Of a DNA stretch of 64,000 nucleotides, positions 38,060-49,214 are shown in pieces. The notes beneath the pieces were generated by a model, which was not told where the DNA came from, did no database searches, and worked only from the letters and a program-made list of their open reading frames with translations. Numbering within the stretch: position 1 is the stretch's first letter; each line of letters starts with the position of its first letter. The DNA comes from Lama glama (lineage: Eukaryota). A program made the position numbers and the translations under genes. The stretch covers positions 69,380,001 through 69,444,000 of the forward strand of contig CM052816.1 of the NCBI GenBank assembly GCA_028534125.1, read 5' to 3'.

Positions 38060-39700
38060 TATCTTGTTGAGCCATTTCAAAATACATGAATCATCATGAC
38101 GTTTCATCCCTTAATACTTCAACATGCATTTCCAAAAAAAAAAAAAACCAAAACAAAACAAACAAAACTAAGGAAAATAGGACTTAAAATAAAAAAATAA
38201 AAATTTAAAAAATTAAGAATAATAATAAGATAATAATAAATAAAAATAAAAGTTTTAATTCTTAAAAAAATTTAAAACTAAGGACATTCTCTTATATAAC
38301 CACAATACCATCGTCATCTAACAATTAACAAGAATTCTCTAATCTACTCTGCTATCCAGTTGTGCTTTAATGACCCTTTGCTCCCATCCTGTGGATGCAT
38401 TATTCACCTTCTCTGCTGGGCTCTGAACCCCAAGAGGCTGTCTTGGACAGGCTGCCATAGCTAGGCTCCCAAATGGGTTCTGCCAATGGGAGGTGCCCAC
38501 AGGCACCAGAGGCCAACAGAAGCACCAGTAAGAGATGAGTGTGAGGCGATAGGCTGGGATACTTCTTGGCTCCCTCACCACCAGGTTGCTGGTCTGGCAT
38601 TGGCTGCATCTGTCACTGTATCTCCTGTGAAGCAGCACTTGCTTCCACAGCTCCAGCCATGACTGGACGCTCATAACTGGCCCCACACCTGCTCGTTTGT
38701 GTCTAAGAGTGGCTGGCAGTGGCTTCTGTACTAATTCCTGGGTACCTCAGCATCCTTTGTTGATTCTTTTAGCCCTGAACACATCTCTCAATAGTCTTGT
38801 CATTAAATACCTTATGAGTAAGTTATTTTGAATTTGTTGTCTGTTTCCTGCAAAGATTGTGCCTGACATTTGAAGAATCCATTTTCAAATGTTCACCATT
38901 GGTTCAAAGTGTTTTTAAAGATTTTTTTTAACCCAAACCAGTCAAGGATCCTGCACTGAACTTGATTCTGCTTCTTTAGTCTCTTAATCTAGCAACTCCT
39001 TTTTTTTTTTTGCCATTGACTTTTTTTTTAGAGACCAGACCAGTTGTCTTACAAAAGTCACACATTCTGAATGTATCCAGCTGAGGGAACAGTTGGATAC
39101 ATTCAGAATGTATTCCTATGTGTATACTGTTTCCTTCCTTTCCTGTTCTTCTCTGCTTTGTATTCCTTTAACTTGAATCTAATAAAGCCTTTAGATCCAA
39201 CTTCCATTTAAACATTATTGGTAAGAATACAGGTGATGATGTATAATTCGTAAGGCATTATCTCAGAGCCACATGGCATCGTTAATTGTGTGACAATTGG
39301 GTAGTAAGTCCAATTACCAAGTGATAATAACCATATTTGTCTATTGTAAAAGATACTTCCCCCCATTTGCTATTAGCAAGTAAGCTGTGTGTGGTGGGGG
39401 TGATACTTTTGTACCAGGTGGATACCTCGTTCTCTGTTAACTCAACCGTTCTGCTAACAGTTTTAGTATTCATTATTGATTCTTGCCTGTATCAATGATT
39501 TCATTCTGTCTTGCAAACTTACTACTTTCTATTCCAATCATCACTTCTGCATTTATTAGCTAGTATTCTTCTATAAATAAGAGCTTTGCTTTAAGGACAG
39601 GGATTATTTATTTTTCCCGACTACAGTTGCTATAATAAAAGGAGAATAAAACCTAAAGTTTTTTTTCTGCCTTCAATTACTTACCCTAAAATCAGATCAT
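38060..39700 (-). mobile_element. Old L1 (L1MC-like) 3' region interrupted by an LTR33 and an A-rich insert
   Basis: catcatgacgtttcatcccttaatacttcaacatgcattt...aaggacattctcttatataaccacaatacca...tatccagt, then the LTR, then ...ttctttagtctcttaatctag...gaccagaccagttgtctt. Confidence 0.7.
38360..38868 (+). mobile_element. ERVL LTR33-like LTR nested in L1MC
   Basis: ctctgaaccccaagaggctg...gggttctgccaatgggaggtg...ccctgaacacatctctcaatagtc...tctgtttcctgc...cctgaca. Confidence 0.7.
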
Positions 39701-40796
39701 CAATATAATACTATTACTAGTATAAACACTGTACTGTGTTTCATTAATGAGGTCTCAGAATTCTGTACAATTAAGTTTGAACTGGTGATCAGGGAGACTG
39801 AATGCTAAACCTTCTGACACAATATATTCAATTCCACCTGCCTTTTTACTTTCAGTTATTGCTGCAGAGGTTCCTGGCTAGCCCTGGTCATTCATACAGT
39901 TCTAGCATTAATAGAGACGGACTTCGTGGAGCACGAACCATGGGAACAAAAACCATTATCAGTAGCTGGCAATTACACCACAATTAGATTGCACATCTCA
40001 TAGGAGCACTCAAGATGCATTCAAAAGGGCTATTATCTCTTTTCTAGGTTAGCTATTAGTTTCACAAACCTTTGATCACAAGATCTTTGCTCTATTGTTA
40101 CATTGCTTTCACTATGTGTGTACTGAGATAAGCCATTTTGCTCCTCTAAGTGCTTTTGTCTGGAAGAAATAATGGATTTTTAAAAGCTAGGCAGTGGGCC
40201 TCTAGGTCCTGTTTGGATTTCTATCAGTGATCATTTGGGGTCTGGCCATTTGCTATCTGAAGGCACCTTCGGCTGTCTCCGTCACCCTGTGTGTGCTGTC
40301 ACAGGTACTTGCTGCAGGTAGCAGCAACTGTTTACCAAGCTTCCCTTCAGGAGTACCCACTGCTATTCATCTGTATGGCCCTGGGTTTTTCTCTGCAGCC
40401 CCCACCTCTTAGTAGCTGTTCCTCAGTCACAAACACCGAAGCAGAGGGAGAGAACCGTCTGAAAAAACCGAAAAAACTGACGTGGCTATCATCAATTAAT
40501 AAAGTCCTCCTTCAATAAGACTAACAATAATTAGTTGAAATTTCTAACATCCTGTGGTCATCACAAATGAAGCTTCATTCAGTAGTTGACGAAATCTTTA
40601 TCGCCACTGAGAAAACATAAATGATCCACACGTGCCAAAAGCATTTAGGGATGTACTAACAAAACTGTGATGTGGTCTGTCTGGTCATTGGCTTCTTTGC
40701 TCTCAGATCTTTGTCTCCTCCTCAAGCCCCACCCCCCACCCCATGCCGAGTCTGCTCCAGGTTACAGGGGCTGCCTCTACAAACACCAGTTCCCAA

Positions 40797-41100
40797 TGTA
40801 TTCATTTTCTATTGCTGTATGACAAATTACCGCAAACTTAGTGGTTTAAAATAACACCCAGCAATTATCTCCTAGTTCTGGAGTTTAGAGCTTGGATGAG
40901 TTCGGCTGGCTCTCTGCTCACAAGACCCACATCACAATGGCCGCTGGGCTCTTCCCTGAAGGTTCTGGGGAAGGATCCACCTCCCAGCTCCTTCAGGTTC
41001 CTGGTCCAGTTCTGTTACTTGCAGCTAGAGGACTCAGGTCCCTTTTCCTTCCTGGCTGTCAGTGGGTGGCTAGACCTTACTCAGTCATTGACTGCTGGCC
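40797..41100 (-). mobile_element. MaLR LTR (MLT1D/E-like) 3' part
   Basis: tgtattcattttctattgctgtatgacaaattaccgcaaacttagtggtttaaaataacac...aggttctggggaaggatcc. Confidence 0.75.
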
Positions 41101-41203
41101 ACCTGAGAATAGCAAGAATAGCAGGGCTCAGGGTAGAGGTGGACGCTAACCCCTGGCTGTTAGATAATACTCCTGGGCTCCTTTCTTACGGGAGGATCTA
41201 AGC

Positions 41204-41420
41204 CAGGGGTTGACAAACTGCAGCCTGAGGGCCAAATCTGGCCTGCCACGTTTTTCAGTACAGCCCTGCAAGCTAAAAATGGTTTTTCCTTTTTTAATGG
41301 TTACATTTTAAATGGTCATGTAAGTAACTACATAACATCTTGATTGTTTTGTGGTTTAGCCCATAAAGGCTAAAATGTTTACTACCTGGCCCTGTACAGA
41401 AAGAAATCATGGGACCCAAA
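41204..41420 (+). mobile_element. hAT-Charlie MER58-like element
   Basis: caggggttgacaaactgcagcctgagggccaaatctggcctgcc...ctaaaatgtttactacctggccctgtacagaaa. Confidence 0.8.
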
Positions 41421-42249
41421 TTCTATGCAGAATGTCATTGTCTGCTTGCGCCTGGCAGGTCAGAGGAGAGGGCTTGGAGGAGGGGAGCTCTGACACATGG
41501 GGAAGGAAGGAGACAGAAGGTACCCCAAGTAGAAAAGAACCAAATCCTGGGATCATAATAGCAGGGAAGGTCTAAAAAGACTGTGAATCTCCCTAGAACA
41601 GAATCTAATTTTTTAATCTGCTAATTTATTGTAAGAAAATAAATTAGCAAAGCTCCTGTTTTAATTTGCATATCATTTGGTTACTAATAAAGTTGGACTT
41701 GGATTATTTTCATATGTTAATTTGAAGAATTGCAAATGACTGCCACAAATAAAATGAACAGATTTCTGCACAAAGGACAAAATGAAAATAGTTAATATCT
41801 ATAAAGCTTAAAATAATCTATAAAATGGAAAATATAATAACGTTCCAACCCAAAAATGAGCAAATGTTTACTCTTTTAAATATGTTAATATTTAAAAATA
41901 GAAAAGAAAATTTGAAGCATATCTTGAGTCCAAAATTCCATAGCTGGGTGTTTGGAAAAATACTTAGGGTAGTTTCTTAGTACTTGCTGCCAGTACACTT
42001 CCCTATTAATTTGGCTAAACTGAATAATTATATTAAGACTCAAGTTATTAGAGGAGCAGAAATTTTTTTTTTCATAGAGAAAAATGGAATCAAGACTACT
42101 GAGTTTAGATTTGCAATAAGGATATTATCTCTTGAAGAAACTGCATGTTTTATCAATATTACTGCATAGTTAGAAAACCTGTCTGATTGCATCCCACTCT
42201 TTTCAAGAGTATTATCCCCTTTAATGACAAGAATATGATATTTAGATAT

Positions 42250-43290
42250 TCTTCATCACTAAAAGAAGCTCCTTTAGAGAAATGGTTGATTTCAAGCCCA
42301 CTTCAGGACACTGACAAAATGAGTCAGACATGTTTCTGTGCCAGAAGGCAAGGAAACAAACTCTAAAGAGGTCATGAGTACCCAAACACTACATTGAAAA
42401 GGCTCCTGCTGCAAAGCTGGAAAAATTTGAGCCAGCAAGAATGACATTAGAGCTTAAATTATCAATATGTAAGAATTCAGTAGTTTACAATAATATTCAT
42501 GGACTCACAAATCACCCTCTGAGTCTGCTAGGTTACCAAATCTTTACTCTCAAAATTGATAGAAGAATCAAGATTTTGCTTTTCTTCAGTGAGCCATGTT
42601 TCAGCTTATCTAAGGGTTGATGAGGTCAGATCTTCACAAACAGAATTCTAGCTAATAAATTGAGAGGACTGATAGACTTAGAAAAGTTCTATTTTTCAAT
42701 CTCAGTGAAACAATGGATTAGGAAGTGATCAATGAGAAATCATTAAGTTCTAAGTTGGTGGGGACTTTATAATGGAGGAATCTGGTTGCCAATCATAACA
42801 TCACTAAAATTAGGCCTCCACATTGAGCTCAAGATATGAGGCACCAGGAGCCATAAAGCTCCACTTACGAGGTATTCTTACCGATAAAGCTGAACCTGAA
42901 CCTAGATCAAGTTTCAAGGTCTAACAACCAGTTTAATGGCAATAAATATGGAGAATGGAAGAGCTGCTTAAACATCATGAGAAAGCAATCGACCAAATTC
43001 AAAATGTGCAATATTCTGTAATATAAAGGACTGATTTCTCCAGCAAATGAATTGTATTAAAAATGGGCAGAAGGTATAGAATAAAAGATGTAGTCAATAA
43101 ACAACCAAATGCAATGTACAGATCTTGTTTGGATTCTAATTTGAACAAGCCAACTATAAACAGCAGTTGAGGCTATCAGAAATTTTTAACATGGGATGGA
43201 TATTGGGTGAAATGAAGAAACCACTGTTAGTTTTGTTAGGTCTGATCAAGACATGGTGATTGTATGAGGAAAAATCAGTCCTTAGTCAGA
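42250..43290 (+). mobile_element. Old L1 (L1MC/L1ME-like) 3'UTR
   Basis: ctttagagaaatggttgattt...acaaccaaatgcaatgtacagatcttgtttggattct...gttagttttgttaggt. Confidence 0.65.
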
Positions 43291-43464
43291 AATGCTCCAG
43301 CCAGTGTAAATTTCCCTCAAGGCCAATGAGGCCTCTCTAGAAACCAGAAGAAATCACATGGGCTTCGAAACAGGATTTTTCAACCCGAAACAGCACTTGT
43401 GTTCTTTGACACCACATACCTCCTAAGTGACCAGCAATTTGGGGAATAAAGAATGTTATGCAGA

Positions 43465-43588
43465 GGGTTGGGAGTATAGCTCAGTGGTAAGCATGCTTAG
43501 CATGAACAAAGTCCTGGGTTCAATCCCTAGCACCTCCATTTAAAAGAAAAATCTAAAAGGCTGCTTCTATTCAAAAAAAAAAAAAAAA
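43465..43588 (+). mobile_element. tRNA-Ala-derived SINE (more diverged copy)
   Basis: gggagtatagctcagtggtaagcatgcttagcatgaacaaagtcctgggttcaatccctagcacctcca followed by a poly(A) tail. Confidence 0.88.
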
Positions 43589-44178
43589 GCATATCACTGA
43601 TGCAGAAGTTATGTTGGTGAATTTTGCCAACACATCGACATTAATGAAATGCCAACATTTCTTACATTAAGGGAGAAAGTCTTAGAAATCTAGTGGGAAA
43701 AAAAAATCTGTCTGTCTACACAATGAAGACCTTCAATAAAGTAGTGGGTTTTGAAACCACTATCCAGTCACTTAGTTTCCTTTTACATTAAACTATCTGA
43801 TGAAGCAATGAGTGCAGATGAAGATGCTTTGAAGATGCATCCCTCTGTATTAAACCCCTGCATCAGATCACTAGTGTTGATCCAGGTGTTCTCTGCTGGT
43901 GGTGAATGCCCCAAGCTCCTGCATCCCTAGGAAGAAGCCTGCGCCCCAGGATGTAAGGCTGTAAAGGACCCACTGTGATGTTAGCTGCAAATGCTGGTAG
44001 AGATTCAGATGTGCTTGTATTTCTGCTTGTATCGCTATTGGGTATTTTAGTTTCTAATTATAACATTTTCTAGCACCAACTCCATTTCTCCCATGAGCCC
44101 TATTATTTTTGGTTCACTGTTTTGACAACTGTGAGGTTTTTTTGGGAATGCATATGCGTTACAGCAAAAATAACTGTT

Positions 44179-46534
44179 CAGGCATACCTCATCTTATTGT
44201 GCTTCACAGAGATTGTGGGTTGTTTTGTTTTGTTTTGTTTTGTTTTTTTATGAATTGAAGGTTTGTGGTCATCCTGCATTGGGCAAGTGTATCAGCACCA
44301 TTTTTCCAACAGCATTTGTTCACTTTGTATCACTTTTTGGTAGTTCTCACAATATTTCAAACGTTTTCATTATTATTGTATTTGTTATGGTGTTCTGCTA
44401 TTAGTGATCTTTGATGTTACTATTGTAATTTGAGGGGGGGATCACCATGAATCCCACCCATGTAAGACAGAACTTAGCCAATCAGTGTTGTGTGTGTTCT
44501 GACTGCTCCACCAACCAGCCATTCCCCTCTGTGTCTCTCCCTCTCCTTGGGCCTCCTTATACCCTGAGACACAATGATATTGAAATTAGGCCAATTAATA
44601 ACCCTACAATGGCCTCTAAGTGTTCAAGTGAAAGAAGAGGTGCTTTAAATCAAAATCTAGAAATGATAAAGTTTAGTGAGGAAGGCAGGTTGAAAGTGGA
44701 GATAGGCTGAAAACTAGGCTTCTTGTGCCAAACAGTTAGCCAAGTTGTGGATGCAAAGGAAAAGTTCTTGAAGGAAATTAAAAGGGCTTCCCAGTGAACA
44801 CGTGAGTGATAAGAGAGCAAAAAAGCTTTATGGCTGATATGGAGAACGTTTTAGTGGCCTAGATAGGAGATCAGACCAGCTACAGCATTCCCTTTAGCCA
44901 GAGCAAGGCTCTAACTTTCTTCAATTCTATGAAGTCTGAGAGAGGTAAGGACACTGCAGAAGAAAAGTTTAAAGCTAGCAGAGGTTGGTTTATGAGGTTT
45001 AAGGAAGGAATCACATCTGTAACATAATAGTCAAGGTGAAGCAGCAAGTACGGATGTAGAAGCTGCAGCAAGTTATCCAGAAGATCTAGCTAAAATCATT
45101 AATGAAGGTGCTACACTGAACAACAGACTGTCAGTGTAGATGAAGGACCTTTATTTTGGAAGAAGATGCTATAGCCAGAGAGGAGAAGTCATGTCTAGCT
45201 TCAAAGTTTCAAAAGACAGGCTGACTCTTTTCTTAGGGGCTAATGCCACTGGTGACTTTAAGTTGAAGCCAGTGCTCATTTACCATTCCAAAAATTCCAT
45301 TTAAAAATTAGGCTGAGTCTATTCTGGCTGTGCTCTATAAATGGAATGACAAAGCCTGGATGACACACATCTGTTTACATCATGGTTTACTGAATATTTT
45401 AAGCCCACTGTTGAGATCTGCTCAGAAAAAAAGATTCCTTTTGAAATAGGACTGATCATTGACAATGTACCCTGTCACCCAAGAACTCTGATGGAGATGT
45501 ACAATGACATTAATGTTGTTTTCATGCCTGTTAACACAGCATCCATTCTGCAGTACAGAGATCAAGGAGTCATTTCGACTTTCAAGTCTTACTATTTAAG
45601 GAATAGATTTTGTCAGGCAATAACTGCCATAGGCAGTGATGCCTCTGATGGGTCTGGGCAAAGTCAACAGAAAACCTTCTGGAAAGGATTCACCATTCTA
45701 GGTGCCATTAAGAACATTTGTGATTTATGGGAAGACATCAAAATATTAACACTAATAGGAGTATTTGAAAAAAGTTGATTCCAGCCTTCATGGGTGACTT
45801 TGAGGGGCTCAAGACTTGATGAAGGAAGTTCCTGCAGATGTGGTGGAAACAGCAAGACAAGAAAATGAGAAACAGAACCTGCAGATGTGACCGAATTGCT
45901 GCAGTCTCACAATAAAACTAACAGATGAGGAGCTGCTTCTTATGAATGAGCAAGGAAAGTGGGATTTTTGAGATAGAATCTACTCCTGGTGAAGATTGTT
46001 GAAAGGACTACAAAGAATTTAAAATATTACAGAAACTTAGTTGATAAACCAGCAACCGGGTTGGAGAGATTGACTCCAATTTTGAAAGAAGTTCTGCTGA
46101 GGGTAAAATGCTGTCAAATAGCATTGCATGTTACAGAGAAATCACATATGAAAGGAAGAGTCAATGTGGAAAACTTCACTGCTATCTTATTTTAAGAAAC
46201 TGCCACAGCCACCCCAGCCTTCTGCAACTACCATGGTTATCAGTCAGCAGCCGTCAATGTAGAGGCAAGACCCTCCACCAGCATGAAAGGTGACAGCTCA
46301 CTGAAGGCTCAGCTGATAGTTAGCATTTTTCAGCAATAAAGTATTTTTAAATTAAGGTATGTACTTTTTAAAGGAAATAATGCTATTATATACATAATAA
46401 AGAACAGTACAGTATAAACATAATTTTTATATGCACTAGGAAACCAAAGAATTCACAGTGACTCACTTTATTACAATACTCACTTTATCGCAGTGGTCTG
46501 GAACCAAACCTGCAGTATTTCCAAGGTATGCCTG
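44179..46534 (+). mobile_element. Tigger1 (TcMar-Tigger) DNA transposon, full length, decayed transposase
   Basis: Terminal inverted repeats caggcatacct / aggtatgcctg. The transposase start MASKCSSER...NQNLEMIKFSEEG is at 44609. DDE-region remnants include VVFMPVNTASILQYRDQGVISTFKSYYLR. Many stops. Confidence 0.95.
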
Positions 46535-47834
46535 CATACCAGAGTTGAAATTTTGACCGTATACTAGAATCTTGATGTTGAACTGAACTGCCTGGCTTTT
46601 CGATTTCACAAAGGAGAGTACTGTCAGCTCCAAGGATGTTAAGGTTGTGTGTGAAAAGCACCTAACATGTCATCTAGCATGTGGAGGCCCTGAATACACA
46701 GTGGCTGTTATTATCCAGGTGCAGGCTTTGATTTTCTACCTACCAGCTCTCAGCCAGGCAGCTCAGAAGTAACCAGGCCAACCAGACTGCGGAGATCCTG
46801 ACACAAACGTCCAGTTATTTCTCCTGCGGCCTCTTCTCTAGTTCTGCCAGACCACAGAAACACAAGCAGCCTTTCATTGTTCTTGCCTCTGGTCTGCAGG
46901 TTAAACCCAAAATGGAGCCACGCCCTGAACCATTGTCCTGACTGTTACAGACAAACTGAGCTACGTTCAGAAAACACCAAGTTCCTGTTTCTTGCAATGG
47001 TAACTTGGCTTGGCATCTGGTATGTTGAAAAGCAGTCCTGGGAGCTGACCAGTGACTTTTCCAGGCACCCCATTGCCAGCCTGTGCTAAACCAGGCAGGA
47101 CCTGACATATCTCCTCAGAGGAACTCCAACTTCAGAGTCCAGTGACCGGGGCCTCAGTATCCATCCCAGCACCCTGGTTCCCTCCTCATTGCTTCTAGAT
47201 GCAAAAGCTTGATTGAAGGGAACCCTGGAGGAAATCCTTTCCACAAAAAAAAAAATTCTTCTGCCAGAGGAAACATGTACAAAAGGAAGCTGGTCAGAAA
47301 CTCTAAGAGCCCTTTGTCTCTATACAGTATGGCGGTCCCATGTACTTTGGGTCAGACTTGAGGTGAGTTTAAAAACACAGTGCTAAACTGAGGTAGAGCT
47401 CTGGCTCTCTCCTTAGGGCAGTCCTCCTAAGACTCAAGAGCAAACTGCTGGGAACAAGGGCCTGGGGCTTTGCCTGTGAGATTTCTCAGATTCATTCCCT
47501 GTCTGTCTCTGCTAAGAGCCTAGGAAAGGACCAACCTGCTTAATGATGCATCCTTTCCTGCTCATCCTCCCCCTACCCAGGGCATCCCCCAGACGGCATC
47601 CTGCACCAGATCTCATGGAGGGTCCATTTTGGGATGATGGTGGGGTCCAGGAAGAGAAAAGGAGAAAAAGAGAAGTGAGTGAAGAAAGTAGAAGAAGGAA
47701 AATAAAAGGAAGAAGGCTCAAGTGCCAAGAAACAACAAAGAACTTAGTCACGTCTTGGAGTGTCACATATTGACATTCCCATCATATATTTCCTCATATA
47801 AAAAATACCTGAAAATGTTCAGGAAAAAATTGCA

Positions 47835-47978
47835 GCGGGCTGGGGAGAGGGTAGGGGAAATAGCTGAAGGTGGTCAAAAGGTACAAATTTCCAGTTATAA
47901 ATAAGTCTGGGGATATAATGTACAGCATGATGACTCTGGTTAACGATGCTGTATTGTATATTTGAAAGTTACTAAGAG
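47835..47978 (+). mobile_element. L1 (L1MA-like) 3'UTR fragment
   Basis: ggtcaaaaggtacaaatttccagttataaataagtctggggatataatgtacagcatgatgact...gtatatttgaaagttactaagag. Confidence 0.8.
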
Positions 47979-49214
47979 GTAAGAATTGCAGGACTATATC
48001 CTGAAAAGATTCATGGTCTTGTGAAAGTTTAGCCCTTAGGGGCTTTTGTTTCCCATGAATATGGATGAATTATGAGAGTGGAAAGTTTTGGACCAACAGA
48101 GATCTTTAAGGTATTTAGATTTTTATCAATCTGCCTCACTCTGTCCTTGTTTTACTAAATACAGTTGATCATCTAGACATTTAATGTAGTATCAGCAAAT
48201 GAAGTAACATTCTGTGCAGTTGGTGGTGTCCGTGTAGAAGGAATGCTACCTACAAAAGCTTTCTTTCCAGACAATGGGACATTCCCATGGAATGCACTAA
48301 CAGAACAGACAAAACTTCAATTGTTTCTCATAAAGTGCTTCCAGACTTGTATCCCCAGAGAGAGTCTTGCTTTCAAGAAGTCTGAGGACAAGCTCTTACA
48401 TGTTCTGGAAGGGCGGGCTTAAAAACATAGGAGCGGCTTGTGTTCCAAAAAGAAGAAAAACGGATGTCCAGTCAATTAGACAAATTCTTTCTAGGCAGAA
48501 AAAAACTGAAAGGCAAATGATCAATTATGATCACTGTGTATACACTTTACAGAAGGAACGTGTGAATACTAGAGTCAGATCATTTAAAAATTCACTGGTT
48601 TTCACGGCCATTCTTTACCAAAGTGGCAAAATACAGTATCAAAATTCACACAAGAGCTTAGAAAAATAGGTAAAACATGAGCAAATAGGAGTGACACTTC
48701 CTATCCTGAATGTCTAGAGCCCATTTGGTGGTTTTAAAGATACCTTCATTAAAACTAAACCTTAAAAGAATAGGATTTCCATCAACTTACTAGGCTCTTT
48801 CAGGAAACTAAAGGGCATTGAGGTTATTGCTTAGAATTTTGGATATATTCTAAGAATATTCATATTGCTAAAATTAAAGCCGGCCCAACTTAAACATTTC
48901 ATAAAAAACTCAACTGGTATTGTTTCTAAATTAAATCTGAGAAAATCCTCAAGTTGATTTTGTCTATTTAGAATTGTCTAAAATAAAGGGAAAGTGCTAG
49001 CAATCTCTAGTAAGAATACTGTGAGATTCAAGTTTTCACTTATATCAAAGGGATTATACTAAAGGCAGAGGAGCAGCCTTCTCCTTCTTTGCTATTTCAT
49101 TCATGAAGGACTTGCTCTGAAAACACAGACATCAACTATCTCTCCAAGCAAATGTAAAAATTACTCTCTTTGGAGACTTTATGGTATTTAAGTACACCAA
49201 ATGCATTGGAGGTG

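Noticed and set aside
44447..46293. Transposase-like ORFs as a possible domesticated TIGD gene
   Set aside because: They are fragmented by many stops and frameshifts and retain the terminal inverted repeats, so this is a fossil Tigger1.
48367..48669. 100-aa basic ORF
   Set aside because: It starts at TTG, has no recognisable homology and has no splice context.
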